Shown: positions 1 to 10,152, numbered from the stretch's first letter. The stretch is 64,000 nucleotides of DNA from an uncultured Ruminococcus sp. (GCA_902761375.1 CACWKB010000003.1:3545-67544); one strand, 5' to 3'. Translations and numbers: made by a program. The notes: generated by a model not told the origin, from the letters alone.

Positions 1-338
1 GACAGACCGTCGCTAAGTGGGAAAACAGAGAGAGCATTCCTGACATTGCGAAATGCAGAAAGCTTGCCAATATATTCGGGCTGTCTCTTGATGAGGTTGC
101 CTCTGTTTTCGTCACCGACGAAGCTAACAAAAAAAGCTCAAAACAATCAAACAAGGTCTTTTTCGGTATAGACAGGATCGAGAACAACAAGGTCAATCTG
201 CCGGATAACGCGCTTAACAAGTTTGGAATAAAAAACGGCGACGAGGTAATCATTCTCGGAGATTCATCTCAAGGATTGGTACTCACACCAAAGTTCAACT
301 TTACCGACCCGTCAACGATCGGCTTGACAAACAACTGA
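1..338 (+). CDS. XRE-family HTH transcriptional regulator with C-terminal AbrB/MazE-like domain (5'-truncated by window edge)
   Basis: Frame 3 translates QTVAKWENRESIPDIAKCRKLANIFGLSLDEV (HTH_3 second half), then VNLPDNALNKFGIKNGDEVIILGDSSQGLVL (AbrB-like); stop TGA 336-338. Confidence 0.8.
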   Translation, partial: QTVAKWENRESIPDIAKCRKLANIFGLSLDEVASVFVTDEANKKSSKQSNKVFFGIDRIENNKVNLPDNALNKFGIKNGDEVIILGDSSQGLVLTPKFNFTDPSTIGLTNN

Positions 339-373
339 TCGTACGCACGTAAATCCACCTCTCAGAATCAATT

Positions 374-401
374 GAGCAGGGCGGATCGCCTCCGCCCTCT
401 C
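374..401. terminator. Hairpin between convergent genes
   Basis: AGGGCGGA-tcgcc-TCCGCCCT stem (378-398); no clear U-tract. Confidence 0.45.
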
Positions 402-443
402 ACTCCGCTAATAACAACACACATTCAAAAAGCACTTCCGATT

Positions 444-1811
444 TTATTCGGAGGTGCTTTTTTCCGTTACCGCGCCCGAGTAGTAATACCTTTTAGCAAT
501 GTTGAGCAGCACGGTCTTATCGTTTTCAAGCCTGCCGTCGATAACCTCGTTGAGAAGCTTGTTCAAAATGCCTCCGATCTGGCGACCGTCGGTGACGCCG
601 ATCGCTATCAGGTCTCTGCCGTTCACCGCAAGCTGCTTGAGGCTGAAGCATTCTTTGCGGCGCAGTATCTCCTCAAACAGTCTGATGGTATCCTCGAGGA
701 TCGTCAGCTTCTTTGCACGCTGGAATTCCGATTGAGAGAGGATATCGGCGCGCTGTACCTGAAACAGTCTGCGCATATTCTGTTCTCCGAGCTTTTGGAG
801 AACGCGCTTAATCTGCCGCTTTGAGCCGTTAAAGCGCACGTCATGATAAAGTATGAGCAGCAGACTGTCGTCAATAAAGGCGTTAGGGAATTTTAAGCGG
901 CGCAGTATATCTCTGCCTATGTCCGCGCTTATCTGCTGGTGTCCTCTGAAATGCCTTGTGCCGTCCGTTTCCTCGCTGCAAGAGCGCGGCTTGCCTATAT
1001 CGTGGAGCAGCATGGACATCCTGAGCAGCGGGTCAGGCGCTATCCTGCCGACCGAGTGGATCATATGGCGGTACACGTCGTAGCAATGATGCTTGTTGTG
1101 CTGCTGAAAATCGAAGCACTCCCTGAGCTCGGGGATAAACACGGCTATTACGTCGCGGTAAGCGTCGAGCAGCTTTTCGGCGTCACGTCCGCAGATCAGG
1201 CGGCACAGCTCCGCGTTTATACGCTCGACCGCGATATTATTCAACAGCTCTGCGTTGCGGCGCAGAGAAAAAGCGGTGTACCTTTCGATAGCAAAGCCGT
1301 AGGTCGCGGCAAAGCGAAGCGCGCGCATGATCCGTAGCGCATCCTCGTTGAAGCGCTTGTCGGGGTTTCCTACGCAGCGGATGACCTTGCGCCGCAGGTC
1401 CTCTCGCCCACCGTAAGGATCGATCAAGCCCTTTTCGTCGCTGTAAGCCATGGCGTTGACCGTAAAATCGCGCCTGCCGAGGTCGTCTGTGAGCGAACCG
1501 GTAAAGCTGACGCTCTCGGGATGGCGGTTGTCGCGGTATTCTCCGTCGACGCGGAAGGTCGTGACCTCCAGCACCTCGCCGTCAATCACAACCGAGATCG
1601 TGCCGTGCTTTTCCCCGGCGTCATACAGGTTGAAATCCGAAAAGCACTTCTTGATCTCGGCAGGGGTCGCGTCGGTGCAGATATCCCAGTCATGAGGAGT
1701 CAGACCGAGCAGGGTGTCGCGCACACAACCGCCGACCACATATGCGTCGTAACCATTTTCGCGCAGGGTATTTAGGATCGTATTGGGTTTTTGAGGAATA
1801 CTGAGCTTCAT
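444..1811 (-). CDS. cca: CCA tRNA nucleotidyltransferase with HD domain
   Basis: VGGCVRD..DWDI, RRDFTVNA and EDALR motifs; LLHDIGKP HD motif. Confidence 0.93.
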   Translation of the reverse strand: MKLSIPQKPNTILNTLRENGYDAYVVGGCVRDTLLGLTPHDWDICTDATPAEIKKCFSDFNLYDAGEKHGTISVVIDGEVLEVTTFRVDGEYRDNRHPESVSFTGSLTDDLGRRDFTVNAMAYSDEKGLIDPYGGREDLRRKVIRCVGNPDKRFNEDALRIMRALRFAATYGFAIERYTAFSLRRNAELLNNIAVERINAELCRLICGRDAEKLLDAYRDVIAVFIPELRECFDFQQHNKHHCYDVYRHMIHSVGRIAPDPLLRMSMLLHDIGKPRSCSEETDGTRHFRGHQQISADIGRDILRRLKFPNAFIDDSLLLILYHDVRFNGSKRQIKRVLQKLGEQNMRRLFQVQRADILSQSEFQRAKKLTILEDTIRLFEEILRRKECFSLKQLAVNGRDLIAIGVTDGRQIGGILNKLLNEVIDGRLENDKTVLLNIAKRYYYSGAVTEKSTSE

Positions 1812-1815
1812 AGTA

Positions 1816-4161
1816 TCATCTTTTTTCTAATTTCAAATTGTTTTTTTCAATGAGCTTCATGGCTGTCTGATAGAGCACGTTGAACATAAGGGTGCATACA
1901 ACAGCGAGAATGATCAGCATGATTATGCCGCTCGAGCCGAGCAGGGTAAGCTTAAACAGCCAGCCCAGCACCGAAACGCCGAGCACAATTCCGGCGGTGC
2001 AAACGCTCAGCATTGCGATCCTGAGCGCGTTTATCGGTATCGAAAGCCTGAGGATAAGCCACAGACAGCACAGCGCCGTCAAATATACGGAAACGGTCGA
2101 CAGCTCGCCCTGAGACAAGCCGAGGGGCTTGCTGAGCAGCGCGGTCATAATAACACCGAAAATCACCGTTATCGCAGCCGGAGCTGCGCGCATGAACATA
2201 TTGAACGTGAAATTGCCCCGGATACGGTTTTTGTTCGGCTGCAGCGCGAGAACGAACGAGGGCAAGCCAACTGTCAGCGCTCCTATCAGCGTGAGCTGTA
2301 TCAGCTCAAACGGATAAGCGCGGTTAAAGATGATGAAGAATACTGTCAATACTACAGAATAGATCGTTTTTACAAGGTACAGCGCGGAGCTTCGCTCGAT
2401 ATTGTTGATCGTGCGCCTGCCCTCCGCAACGACTCCGGGCATCGCGGCGAAATCGTTGTTGACAAGCACAAGCTGAGATACGTTGCGCGCCGCCTCGCTG
2501 CCGGACGCCATGGCCACCGAACAGTCCGCCTCCTTGAGCGCGAGGACGTCGTTCACTCCGTCGCCCGTCATTGCGACGGTATGTCCGTGAGCTTTGAGCG
2601 CGAGCACAAGCTTTTTCTTTTGCTCGGGGGTGACCCTGCCGAAGATATTGTATTTCTCCGCCGCCTCGTCAAGCTGCTCGTCGGTTTCTATCGTCGTCAT
2701 ATCGACCGCCTTATCTGCTCCGAGCACGCCGCTTTCAGAGGCTATGTTTGCCACGGTTTTGACGCTGTCGCCCGATATGACCTTCAGCGTAACGCCCTGC
2801 TCGTTGAAATAGCCCACGGTCTCGCGGACGTTGTCTCGCAGTCTGTCCTTTATCAGCAGGATCGCCATAGGCGTTATATCATCGGGCAAACCGCCGTCGA
2901 AGGGCTTTTCCGAGGAGCCGAGCACAAGGATTCTCGCGGAGCTGTTAATGCCTTCAAGCTTTTTAAATACATCCTTGTATTTTTCTTTATCAGAAAATAC
3001 AAACTCCGCAGCGCCGAAAATATAGCTCTTACCGTTTTCAAAGGTACCTCCTGAGCGCTTGGTTTCGGATGAAAAGGGCGTAAAGCTCAAACACCTGACG
3101 GACTCTGTGCCTGCTGTATAATCGCTGACCGCCTGAAGCGTGGCGTTGATGTCCTCGCTCGCGGCGACTATGGACGCCAGCGCGGTCTTGATCTCCGAGT
3201 CGGCGGCGTCAAGCGCGATCACCTCGTCTACATCCATCTGCTCGGCGGTCAGAGTACCTGTCTTGTCCAAACACAGCACATCGACGCGCGCAAGGCTCTC
3301 TATGCAGTACATCTCGTTAACGAGCACCTTTTTTCGCGCGAGGCGGATCACGGAGACCGCCAGCACCGAGCTTGTCAGCAGGATCATACCGCCGGGTATC
3401 GTGCCGTTGATCGCGGTCGCGGTCTGGACGACCGTACTTTGAAAATCATTGTGATGTACGAAAAAAGTGCTGAGGAACATGAGAGTTCCGAGAGGAAAGA
3501 TCAATATCGTGCAGATACGTATAACGAGCCTGAAGGTTTTGAGTATCTGCGAATTATTCTTTTTGATGTATTTCGCCGCGCTGTTGAGCTTTGACGCATA
3601 GCATTCCGCGCCGACCCGCGCTACTCGGGCATAGCATTTGCCTGCGGCGATGAAGCTTCCGGAAAGCAGCTCGTCGCCCTCGCGCTTTGAGATTAGATCG
3701 GATTCTCCGGTCAGCAGGCTTTCATTGCACATACATTCTCCGCTGACCAGCACGCAATCCGCAGGAAGCTGATCGCCGCGCGACAGGATCAGGATATCAT
3801 CCGTGACGAGCTGTTCCTTCGGGATCTGCCTCTCTTCCCCGTCGCGTATCACTCGCGCGGGCTTGTCGGTGAGTATCGTCAGCTTATCGACGCTGCGCTT
3901 TGAGCGTATCTCCTGAATGATACCGATAGCGGTATTGCAGAGCACTACCCCGATGAACAGAGTGTTCCTGTATGAGCCGACGAGGATCAGAGCCAAAAAC
4001 AAGATCACATTTATTAAATTAAACAGAGTGCAAATATTATCCCTGAAAATCCGTTGTATGGATTTCGTCTTAGGATTTGCCGAACGGTTGACCTTGCCCT
4101 CGGAAACGCGCTGCGCGACCTCCGAGGAGCTGAGTCCGGTCTTTACATTCGGTTCCGACAT
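1816..4161 (-). CDS. HAD-IC P-type ATPase (CtpE-like group), substrate uncertain
   Basis: LTGES, DKTGTLT and TGDGVNDV motifs; multiple TM segments. Confidence 0.92.
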   Translation of the reverse strand: MSEPNVKTGLSSSEVAQRVSEGKVNRSANPKTKSIQRIFRDNICTLFNLINVILFLALILVGSYRNTLFIGVVLCNTAIGIIQEIRSKRSVDKLTILTDKPARVIRDGEERQIPKEQLVTDDILILSRGDQLPADCVLVSGECMCNESLLTGESDLISKREGDELLSGSFIAAGKCYARVARVGAECYASKLNSAAKYIKKNNSQILKTFRLVIRICTILIFPLGTLMFLSTFFVHHNDFQSTVVQTATAINGTIPGGMILLTSSVLAVSVIRLARKKVLVNEMYCIESLARVDVLCLDKTGTLTAEQMDVDEVIALDAADSEIKTALASIVAASEDINATLQAVSDYTAGTESVRCLSFTPFSSETKRSGGTFENGKSYIFGAAEFVFSDKEKYKDVFKKLEGINSSARILVLGSSEKPFDGGLPDDITPMAILLIKDRLRDNVRETVGYFNEQGVTLKVISGDSVKTVANIASESGVLGADKAVDMTTIETDEQLDEAAEKYNIFGRVTPEQKKKLVLALKAHGHTVAMTGDGVNDVLALKEADCSVAMASGSEAARNVSQLVLVNNDFAAMPGVVAEGRRTINNIERSSALYLVKTIYSVVLTVFFIIFNRAYPFELIQLTLIGALTVGLPSFVLALQPNKNRIRGNFTFNMFMRAAPAAITVIFGVIMTALLSKPLGLSQGELSTVSVYLTALCCLWLILRLSIPINALRIAMLSVCTAGIVLGVSVLGWLFKLTLLGSSGIIMLIILAVVCTLMFNVLYQTAMKLIEKNNLKLEKR

Positions 4162-4334
4162 CGGATCACCTCAATTTGAAAAAGATTAATAATCAGATAA
4201 TTTTTTGAAAAAAATCCGAAGAATCAGCGATTCCGAGACTTGTGATGGAAAAAAGATTTTTAATATCTCAAAATCACGACTACCTATATTATAAATGCAA
4301 AAGCTAATAAAGGCAACGGAAAGAAGGTGATTTT

Positions 4335-5351
4335 TTGAAAAAAATTGTCAAAACGACAGCGGTTGCCCTGTCGGTGACGCTGATCGCGGGCATTTCGGCA
4401 TCGAAAGCGTATTCAGCGGAACAAAGCGATACGGTCAGGCTCGGCGGTCAGCCGTTCGGAGTCAGGTTTTACAACGACGGAGTCGTCGTCACGGAGCTTG
4501 AGGATTTCTTCGACGGCTGCCGCTACCTCTGCCCCGCGAGGAGCGGAGGGCTCAAAACAGGCGACGTCATCAAAGCGGCAGGCGACAGGCAGGTAAAAAC
4601 GAACGAGGATATGCAGTCGATCACCGCGGACAGCAGCGGAAAGCCGATATGCTTTACCGTTGAAAGAAATGGAAAACGCCTCGAGCGCAGCGTTACGCCT
4701 CAGAAGAACATTTCCGGGCAGTATTTGCTCGGAGCGTGGGTGCGCGACAGCTGCGCCGGGATCGGAACCGTAACCTATTATGACGACGACCGTAATTATT
4801 TTGCCGCACTCGGGCACGGAATATGCGACGCAGACACAGGCGCGCTGATGCCGCTCGGAAGCGCCGAGATCGTCAGGGCGAGCATTAATTCGGTCACAAA
4901 AAGCGCTGCCGGCAAGCCCGGAAGCCTGAACGGGTATTTTACCGGCGAGAGCATCGGAGAGCTGACGGATAACACCTCGTTGGGCGTTTACGGCAAGGCT
5001 CAGGGTGACGCGCTCGACGAAGGTAGAAGCGTGGAAATCGCTGATTTTGATGAGATAAAAACGGGCAAGGCGGAGATTTTCACCACGATCACGGAGGGTG
5101 AACCGGAATATTATACCATCGAGATAACCGATATCTGCAACAGCTCCCCGGAAAGTAATGAAAATTTTGTCATAAAGATTACAGACAAAAGGCTGCTTGA
5201 CGAATGCGGAGGTATCGTGCAGGGTATGAGCGGAAGCCCGATAATCCAAAACGGGAAGCTGGTGGGTGCGGTGACCCACGTGTTCCTAAACTCGCCTAAG
5301 GAGGGTTACGGCGTATCGGCTCGATATATGGTGTCGAATCGCAACGAATAG
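4335..5351 (+). CDS. spoIVB: SpoIVB peptidase (PDZ + S55)
   Basis: GGQPFG, WVRDSCAGIGTVT, ALGHGI, GGIVQGMSGSPIIQNGKLVGAVTHV; upstream of spo0A; TTG start after AGAAGGTGA. Confidence 0.93.
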   Translation: MKKIVKTTAVALSVTLIAGISASKAYSAEQSDTVRLGGQPFGVRFYNDGVVVTELEDFFDGCRYLCPARSGGLKTGDVIKAAGDRQVKTNEDMQSITADSSGKPICFTVERNGKRLERSVTPQKNISGQYLLGAWVRDSCAGIGTVTYYDDDRNYFAALGHGICDADTGALMPLGSAEIVRASINSVTKSAAGKPGSLNGYFTGESIGELTDNTSLGVYGKAQGDALDEGRSVEIADFDEIKTGKAEIFTTITEGEPEYYTIEITDICNSSPESNENFVIKITDKRLLDECGGIVQGMSGSPIIQNGKLVGAVTHVFLNSPKEGYGVSARYMVSNRNE

Positions 5352-5464
5352 CACGATATCTTGTATTATAAAGCATTTCGGAATATGTCGAATCCAAAAT
5401 TATAAACTTTTTTTAAAAAAATTCGCAGGAAACTATTGCCATCTTTACCATTTTATGGTATTAT
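5332..5464 (+). promoter_or_regulatory. spo0A control region: two 0A boxes, sigma-H-like and sigma-A-like promoters
   Basis: TGTCGAA at 5332-5338 and 5386-5392; AGCA-N14-GAAT (sigH-like); TTGCCA(5436)-N17-TATTAT(5459) with TG extension. Confidence 0.7.
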
Positions 5465-5499
5465 TAAATCACACCAAAACAGATAGGAGATTTTAATAA

Positions 5500-6270
5500 A
5501 TGGACAATAGTATCAAGCTGATAATCACTGAGGAAGCGGCGGAATTTTCACAGGACGAGCTGAAAATATTTCAGGATTTTAATATTTCGGCGGCGTTCTG
5601 CGCAAAGGACGGCGAGGAGCTTTGCTCCCGTATCAAGCAGGAGGAGCCTGACGTAGTATTGATGGATTCATTCATGACGCGCCTCGACGCGATCGGAGTC
5701 ATGAGAAGCGTGAAGCGGCAAAACGGGAAGCAGCCGATATTTCTGGTATTCTCTTCCTTCCACAGCGCGGTGCTTGAGCGCGAAGTCATGAGCAGCGGAG
5801 CGAACTACTTTATGCTCAAGCCGTATGACGTGACCCAGCTCTGCGAGAATATTGTTGCTATGGCTCGCAAGAGCAGCATGAGGATACTGTCCTCTCCCGT
5901 CAGCTTCGACGCCTTCGGCATCGAGCTCAAGGTGACTCAGATTTTGCATGAGATCGGCGTACCGGCTCATATCAAGGGCTATCATTACCTGCGTGATTCG
6001 ATAATAATGTCCGTCGAAAAGCCCGAGATCATCAACGCCGTGACAAAGCAGCTCTATCCCTCCGTCGCCAAGAAATACGAAACGACTTCTTCAAGGGTCG
6101 AGCGTGCCATCCGACACGCGATTGAGGTTGCGTGGGACAGAGGCGATGTGGACGTGCTCAATTCCTATTTCGGCTACACCATTCACAACGACCGAGGCAA
6201 GCCCACCAACAGCGAGTTCATCGCTATGATCTCAGACAGGCTTCGGCTCCAAATCAAAAACGCCAGCTAA
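5500..6270 (+). CDS. spo0A: Sporulation master regulator Spo0A
   Basis: Receiver domain plus [45 protein letters not shown]. Confidence 0.98.
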   Translation: MDNSIKLIITEEAAEFSQDELKIFQDFNISAAFCAKDGEELCSRIKQEEPDVVLMDSFMTRLDAIGVMRSVKRQNGKQPIFLVFSSFHSAVLEREVMSSGANYFMLKPYDVTQLCENIVAMARKSSMRILSSPVSFDAFGIELKVTQILHEIGVPAHIKGYHYLRDSIIMSVEKPEIINAVTKQLYPSVAKKYETTSSRVERAIRHAIEVAWDRGDVDVLNSYFGYTIHNDRGKPTNSEFIAMISDRLRLQIKNAS

Positions 6271-6278
6271 TGAATTAT

Positions 6279-6320
6279 GCGCCGCATTTCAAAGCAAGAA
6301 GTGCGGCGCTGTGTTTTTTT
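6279..6320 (+). terminator. Intrinsic terminator after spo0A (convergent with purD)
   Basis: GCGCCGCATTT...AAGTGCGGCGC stem followed by T-run. Confidence 0.8.
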
Positions 6321-7584
6321 ATTTTGTTCTGCCGATGTCGTGACGGAAGTGCATTCCCTCAAAGCTGATCTTACCGACCGCAGCATACGCCTTTTCGAGC
6401 GCCTCGTCGAGCGTGGGAGCCTTTGCGGTGACGCCGAGCACTCTGCCGCCGTTGGTGTAGAACCTGCCGTTCTCGTATTTGGTGCCTGCGTGATAGACGG
6501 TCGCGCCCTCTACCCCGCCGTTTTCGTCAAGTCCGAACATCTCGATACCCTTTTTATAGGCAACGGGATAGCCGCCGCTCGCCATGACTACGCATGCCGC
6601 CGCGCCGTCGTCCCACTCGATCTCGAGGTCGGACAGCTTCTCGTCGATGACCGCTTCGCAGATATCAACAAGGTCGGTTTTCAGTCTCGGAAGCACTACC
6701 TGCGTTTCGGGATCGCCGAAGCGCGCGTTGTACTCGATCACCTTGGGACCCTTGGGGGTCATCATCAGACCGAAGTACAGGCAGCCCTTGAAGGTCCTGC
6801 CCTCTTTGTTCATTGCCTCGATGGTGGGCAGGAAGATAGTGTTCATGCACTCCTCGGCGAGAGCGTCGGTGTAGTACGGGTTGGGACTCACGGTACCCAT
6901 GCCGCCCGTATTGAGGCCCTCGTCGTTGTCGTAGGCGCGCTTGTGATCCTTTGAGCTGACCATGGGCTTTACGCATTTGCCGTCGGTGAACGCGAGCACC
7001 GAGACCTCGGGACCGGTCAGGAATTCCTCTATAACGATGCTGTTGCCGGAATCTCCGAACTGCTTGTCCTCCATGATGGACTTTACGGCGGCTACTGCGT
7101 CGTCGATCGTCTGAGCGATAATAACACCCTTGCCCAGAGCCAAACCGTCAGCCTTTACAACGACCGGCGTAGTGTTCTCCGCCTTAATATATTCGATCGC
7201 CTTGTCAGCGTCGTCAAACGTCTCGTACTTAGCGGTGGGGATACCGTATTTCTTCATCAGGTTCTTTGAGAACACCTTTGAGGCTTCGATGATAGCCGCG
7301 TTCGCGCGCGGACCGAAGGCGCGCAGCCCCGCGTCCTCAAGAGCGTCGACCATTCCTGCCGCAAGCGGATCGTCGGGAGCCACAAAGACAAGGTCGATAT
7401 CGTTCTCTTTGGCGAACCTGACCATGCCCTCCTTATCCATTACTCCGATATTGACAAGCTCTGCGTCGCGCGAAATGCCGCCGTTGCCGGGAGCGCAGTA
7501 GATTTTCTCACATTTGGGGCTTTCGAGCAGCTTTTTGATGAGCGCGTGCTCTCTGCCGCCCGAGCCGATCATTAGAATTTTCAT
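6319..7584 (-). CDS. purD: Phosphoribosylamine-glycine ligase
   Basis: MKILMIGSGGREHA start; KADGLALGKGV, NTGGMG, EYNARFGDPE. Confidence 0.97.
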   Translation of the reverse strand: MKILMIGSGGREHALIKKLLESPKCEKIYCAPGNGGISRDAELVNIGVMDKEGMVRFAKENDIDLVFVAPDDPLAAGMVDALEDAGLRAFGPRANAAIIEASKVFSKNLMKKYGIPTAKYETFDDADKAIEYIKAENTTPVVVKADGLALGKGVIIAQTIDDAVAAVKSIMEDKQFGDSGNSIVIEEFLTGPEVSVLAFTDGKCVKPMVSSKDHKRAYDNDEGLNTGGMGTVSPNPYYTDALAEECMNTIFLPTIEAMNKEGRTFKGCLYFGLMMTPKGPKVIEYNARFGDPETQVVLPRLKTDLVDICEAVIDEKLSDLEIEWDDGAAACVVMASGGYPVAYKKGIEMFGLDENGGVEGATVYHAGTKYENGRFYTNGGRVLGVTAKAPTLDEALEKAYAAVGKISFEGMHFRHDIGRTK

Positions 7585-7601
7585 ACAGCGATTTCCTCCG
7601 A

Positions 7602-8780
7602 TCAATGGTGGAAAAGACGGATGCCGGTGAAGCACATGGTCATGCCGTACTTGTTGCAGGTGTCGATCACGTTGTCGTCGCGGATGGAACCGCCGGGCTG
7701 AGCCACAAACTCAACACCGGAACGCTTTGCGCGCTCGATGTTGTCGCCAAACGGGAAGAACGCGTCGGAGCCGAGCGATACTCCGCTGAAGGTGGCAAGC
7801 CACGCCTTCTTTTCCTCACGTGTGAGGGGCTCGGGCTTCTCGGTGAAGAACTGCTCCCAGATACCGTCGGCGAGCACGTCCTCATAGTCGTCGGAGATAT
7901 ATACGTCGATGGTGTTGTCGCGGTCGGGGCGGCGGATATCGGCGCGGAAGGGCAGGTTCATTACCTTCTCGTGCTGTCTGAGATACCAGATGTCCGCCTT
8001 GTTTCCGGCGAGTCTGGTGCAGTGGATACGTGACTGCTGTCCGGCGCCAACGCCGATAGCCTGTCCGCCCTTGGCGTAGCAGACGGAGTTGGACTGGGTG
8101 TATTTCAGGGTGATCAGGGCAATGAGCAGGTCGCGCTTCGCCTCTTCGGTGAAGATCTTGTTCTCGGTGACGATATTCTGCATGAGCATAGCCTCGTCGA
8201 TCTTGAGCTCGTTTCTGCCCTGCTCAAAGGTCACGCCGAAAACATCCTTGTGCTCGATGGGAGCGGGAACATAATCGGGATCGATCTTGACGACGTTATA
8301 GTTGCCCTTGCGCTTGGTCTTGAGCACCTCGAGAGCCTCGGGGGTATAGTCGGGAGCGATGATACCGTCGCTGACCTCGCGGGCGAGAAGCTTGGCGGTC
8401 TGGACGTCGCAGGTATCGGAAAGCGCGACCCAGTCGCCGTAGGAGGACATCCTGTCCGCTCCGCGCGCCATAGCGTAGGCTGAGGCGATGGGAGACAGCT
8501 CGAGGTCGTCCACAAAATAGATCTTTTTAAGAGTGTCACTGAGCTCGGTGGCGACCGCAGCTCCGGCAGGGCTTACGTGCTTGAAGGAAGCCGCCGCGGG
8601 AAGTCCGGTAGCCGCCTTTAACTCGCGGACGAGCTGCCATGAGTTGAAGGCGTCGAGAAAGTTGATATAGCCGGGCTTGCCGTTGAGCACCTCAACGGGC
8701 AGCTCCCTGCCGTCCTGCATGAATATCTTTGACGGCTTCTGGTTGGGATTACAGCCGTATTTAAGCATTAATTCGTTCAT
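7602..8780 (-). CDS. purH: AICAR formyltransferase (PurH C-terminal domain only)
   Basis: Starts MNELMLKYGCNPNQ; SFKHVSPAG, KYTQSNSV, GAGQQSR, SDAFFPF; no N-terminal IMP cyclohydrolase/MGS domain. Confidence 0.9.
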   Translation of the reverse strand: MNELMLKYGCNPNQKPSKIFMQDGRELPVEVLNGKPGYINFLDAFNSWQLVRELKAATGLPAAASFKHVSPAGAAVATELSDTLKKIYFVDDLELSPIASAYAMARGADRMSSYGDWVALSDTCDVQTAKLLAREVSDGIIAPDYTPEALEVLKTKRKGNYNVVKIDPDYVPAPIEHKDVFGVTFEQGRNELKIDEAMLMQNIVTENKIFTEEAKRDLLIALITLKYTQSNSVCYAKGGQAIGVGAGQQSRIHCTRLAGNKADIWYLRQHEKVMNLPFRADIRRPDRDNTIDVYISDDYEDVLADGIWEQFFTEKPEPLTREEKKAWLATFSGVSLGSDAFFPFGDNIERAKRSGVEFVAQPGGSIRDDNVIDTCNKYGMTMCFTGIRLFHH

Positions 8781-8796
8781 GATTACACTATCTCCC

Positions 8797-9513
8797 TTAC
8801 TTATTCTTGTTGATGATCCTTGAATCTGCCTCGCCCGTGGCGATGTCAATGTAGCGAACGAAAAGCGATACCTTGTTGTCGGCGTCGAGAGCGTTCCAGA
8901 CATTCTCCGCGAAGGCGTCGATATCCTCGTCGCCGATCTCGACGAGAGTGGGCTCGCCCTCAAAGCTCGGCAGAGGATTTCCGTCGCCCATGTAGGTGTG
9001 GATAAAGCGTCCCTTGCCCGCAAGAGGCGCGTCGTAGGAGAAGGTGTAGCGCTCGCAGCAGTCGGGTTCTCCGTCGGCGCTCTTGAGGATGGACAGAGCG
9101 TAGTTCATCTTGCCGTCGGAGCATTTTACGATGCCCGAGATTCGAGGCGTGTAGTTGGGCGCGTCGGGCTCAAACTCGCGGGTGCGCAGCGCCTGCTCAA
9201 AGGTGAGCTGCTGATTCATCAGCTCATAAACCGTGTCGGTCTGGTCGCCGTTTGTGACGATGGTCTTGTTGCCCAGCACACGCACGGGAGCGTAGATTAT
9301 AAGCGAGGGATCGACCAGCTTTGAGGGGTCGAACGCCTCGGTCTTGATGCCGTCGGCTGTCTCAACAAAAACGCGGTTGCGGCTGTTCTCGCTTCTGCCC
9401 ATGATAAAATAGGCGATAACAGCCTTGCTGCCGTCCGCAGTCCTGCCGAGCACGATGCCTCTGCCGGGATATGTGGTGGATGAGATTTCCTTTGTAAGGG
9501 ATACCGCTTTCAT
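8797..9513 (-). CDS. Stand-alone IMP cyclohydrolase-like protein (PurO-type fold)
   Basis: YPGRGI, YFIMGRSENSRNR, TNGDQTD, EPDAPNYTPRISG; lies between purN and AICARFT. Confidence 0.85.
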   Translation of the reverse strand: MKAVSLTKEISSTTYPGRGIVLGRTADGSKAVIAYFIMGRSENSRNRVFVETADGIKTEAFDPSKLVDPSLIIYAPVRVLGNKTIVTNGDQTDTVYELMNQQLTFEQALRTREFEPDAPNYTPRISGIVKCSDGKMNYALSILKSADGEPDCCERYTFSYDAPLAGKGRFIHTYMGDGNPLPSFEGEPTLVEIGDEDIDAFAENVWNALDADNKVSLFVRYIDIATGEADSRIINKNK

Positions 9514-9525
9514 AATGTGCCTCCG

Positions 9526-10152
9526 TTATTCCGTTATTTCGGTTGTGTCTCCGATTACTTTGATTTTATCGTTGCAGAAAAGGTTTACCGCCTGCGGAAG
9601 TATCTTCCACTCCGCCTGCTCCATCACCCTTCTCTGTAATACCTCGGGAGTGTCGCCGCTCTTGATCTCGACCGCCTTTTGGAGGATGATCGGACCGCCG
9701 TCGCAGATCTCGTTCACAAAATGCGCCGTCGCGCCAGTGACCTTGACTCCGCGCCTGAGTGCCTCCTCATGGACGCGCAGCCCGTAGTAGCCCTCGCCGC
9801 AGAAGGACGGGATCAGAGCGGGATGGATGTTTATAATGCGGTTTTCAAACGCCTTGATGAAGATCGAGCCGAGGATGGTCATAAAGCCCGCAAGCACGAC
9901 CAGATCGGCTTTCTTGCTTTGAACAAGCTCGGTGAGCGCCTTGTCGTAGCCTGCAAAATAATTGTAGTCGCGGCTGCGGATGACCTCGGTTTCTATTCCG
10001 TTTTCACGGGCGCGCACCAGCGCGTAGGCGTTGGGGTTCGAGGAGATGACGCAGACGATCCTTCCGTTCGTGATATCTCCCCTGTTCTGAGCGTCGATCA
10101 GCGCCTGAAGATTGGTGCCGCCGCCCGAAACAAGTACAACTATATTCTTCAT
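9526..10152 (-). CDS. purN: Phosphoribosylglycinamide formyltransferase
   Basis: SGGGTNLQA, LAGFM, NIHPAL, GATAHFV, DGGPII. Confidence 0.97.
   Translation of the reverse strand: MKNIVVLVSGGGTNLQALIDAQNRGDITNGRIVCVISSNPNAYALVRARENGIETEVIRSRDYNYFAGYDKALTELVQSKKADLVVLAGFMTILGSIFIKAFENRIINIHPALIPSFCGEGYYGLRVHEEALRRGVKVTGATAHFVNEICDGGPIILQKAVEIKSGDTPEVLQRRVMEQAEWKILPQAVNLFCNDKIKVIGDTTEITE

Noticed and set aside
4200-4345. 16-bp direct repeat ATTTTTTGAAAAAAAT (4200, 4330) and 8-bp AAAATCAC/GTGATTTT complement over the spoIVB RBS
   Set aside because: Low complexity; only a weak CodY-like match; the upstream gene is divergent, so read-through logic does not apply and the promoter is uncertain. Worth rechecking if the insulator model holds
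6319-9023. Longer ORF-track starts for purD (7635) and purH (9023); likewise uvrB, pyrE, exonuclease and lrp
   Set aside because: Extensions overlap upstream genes or promoters; conserved N-termini (and, for most, SD sites) indicate the downstream ATGs
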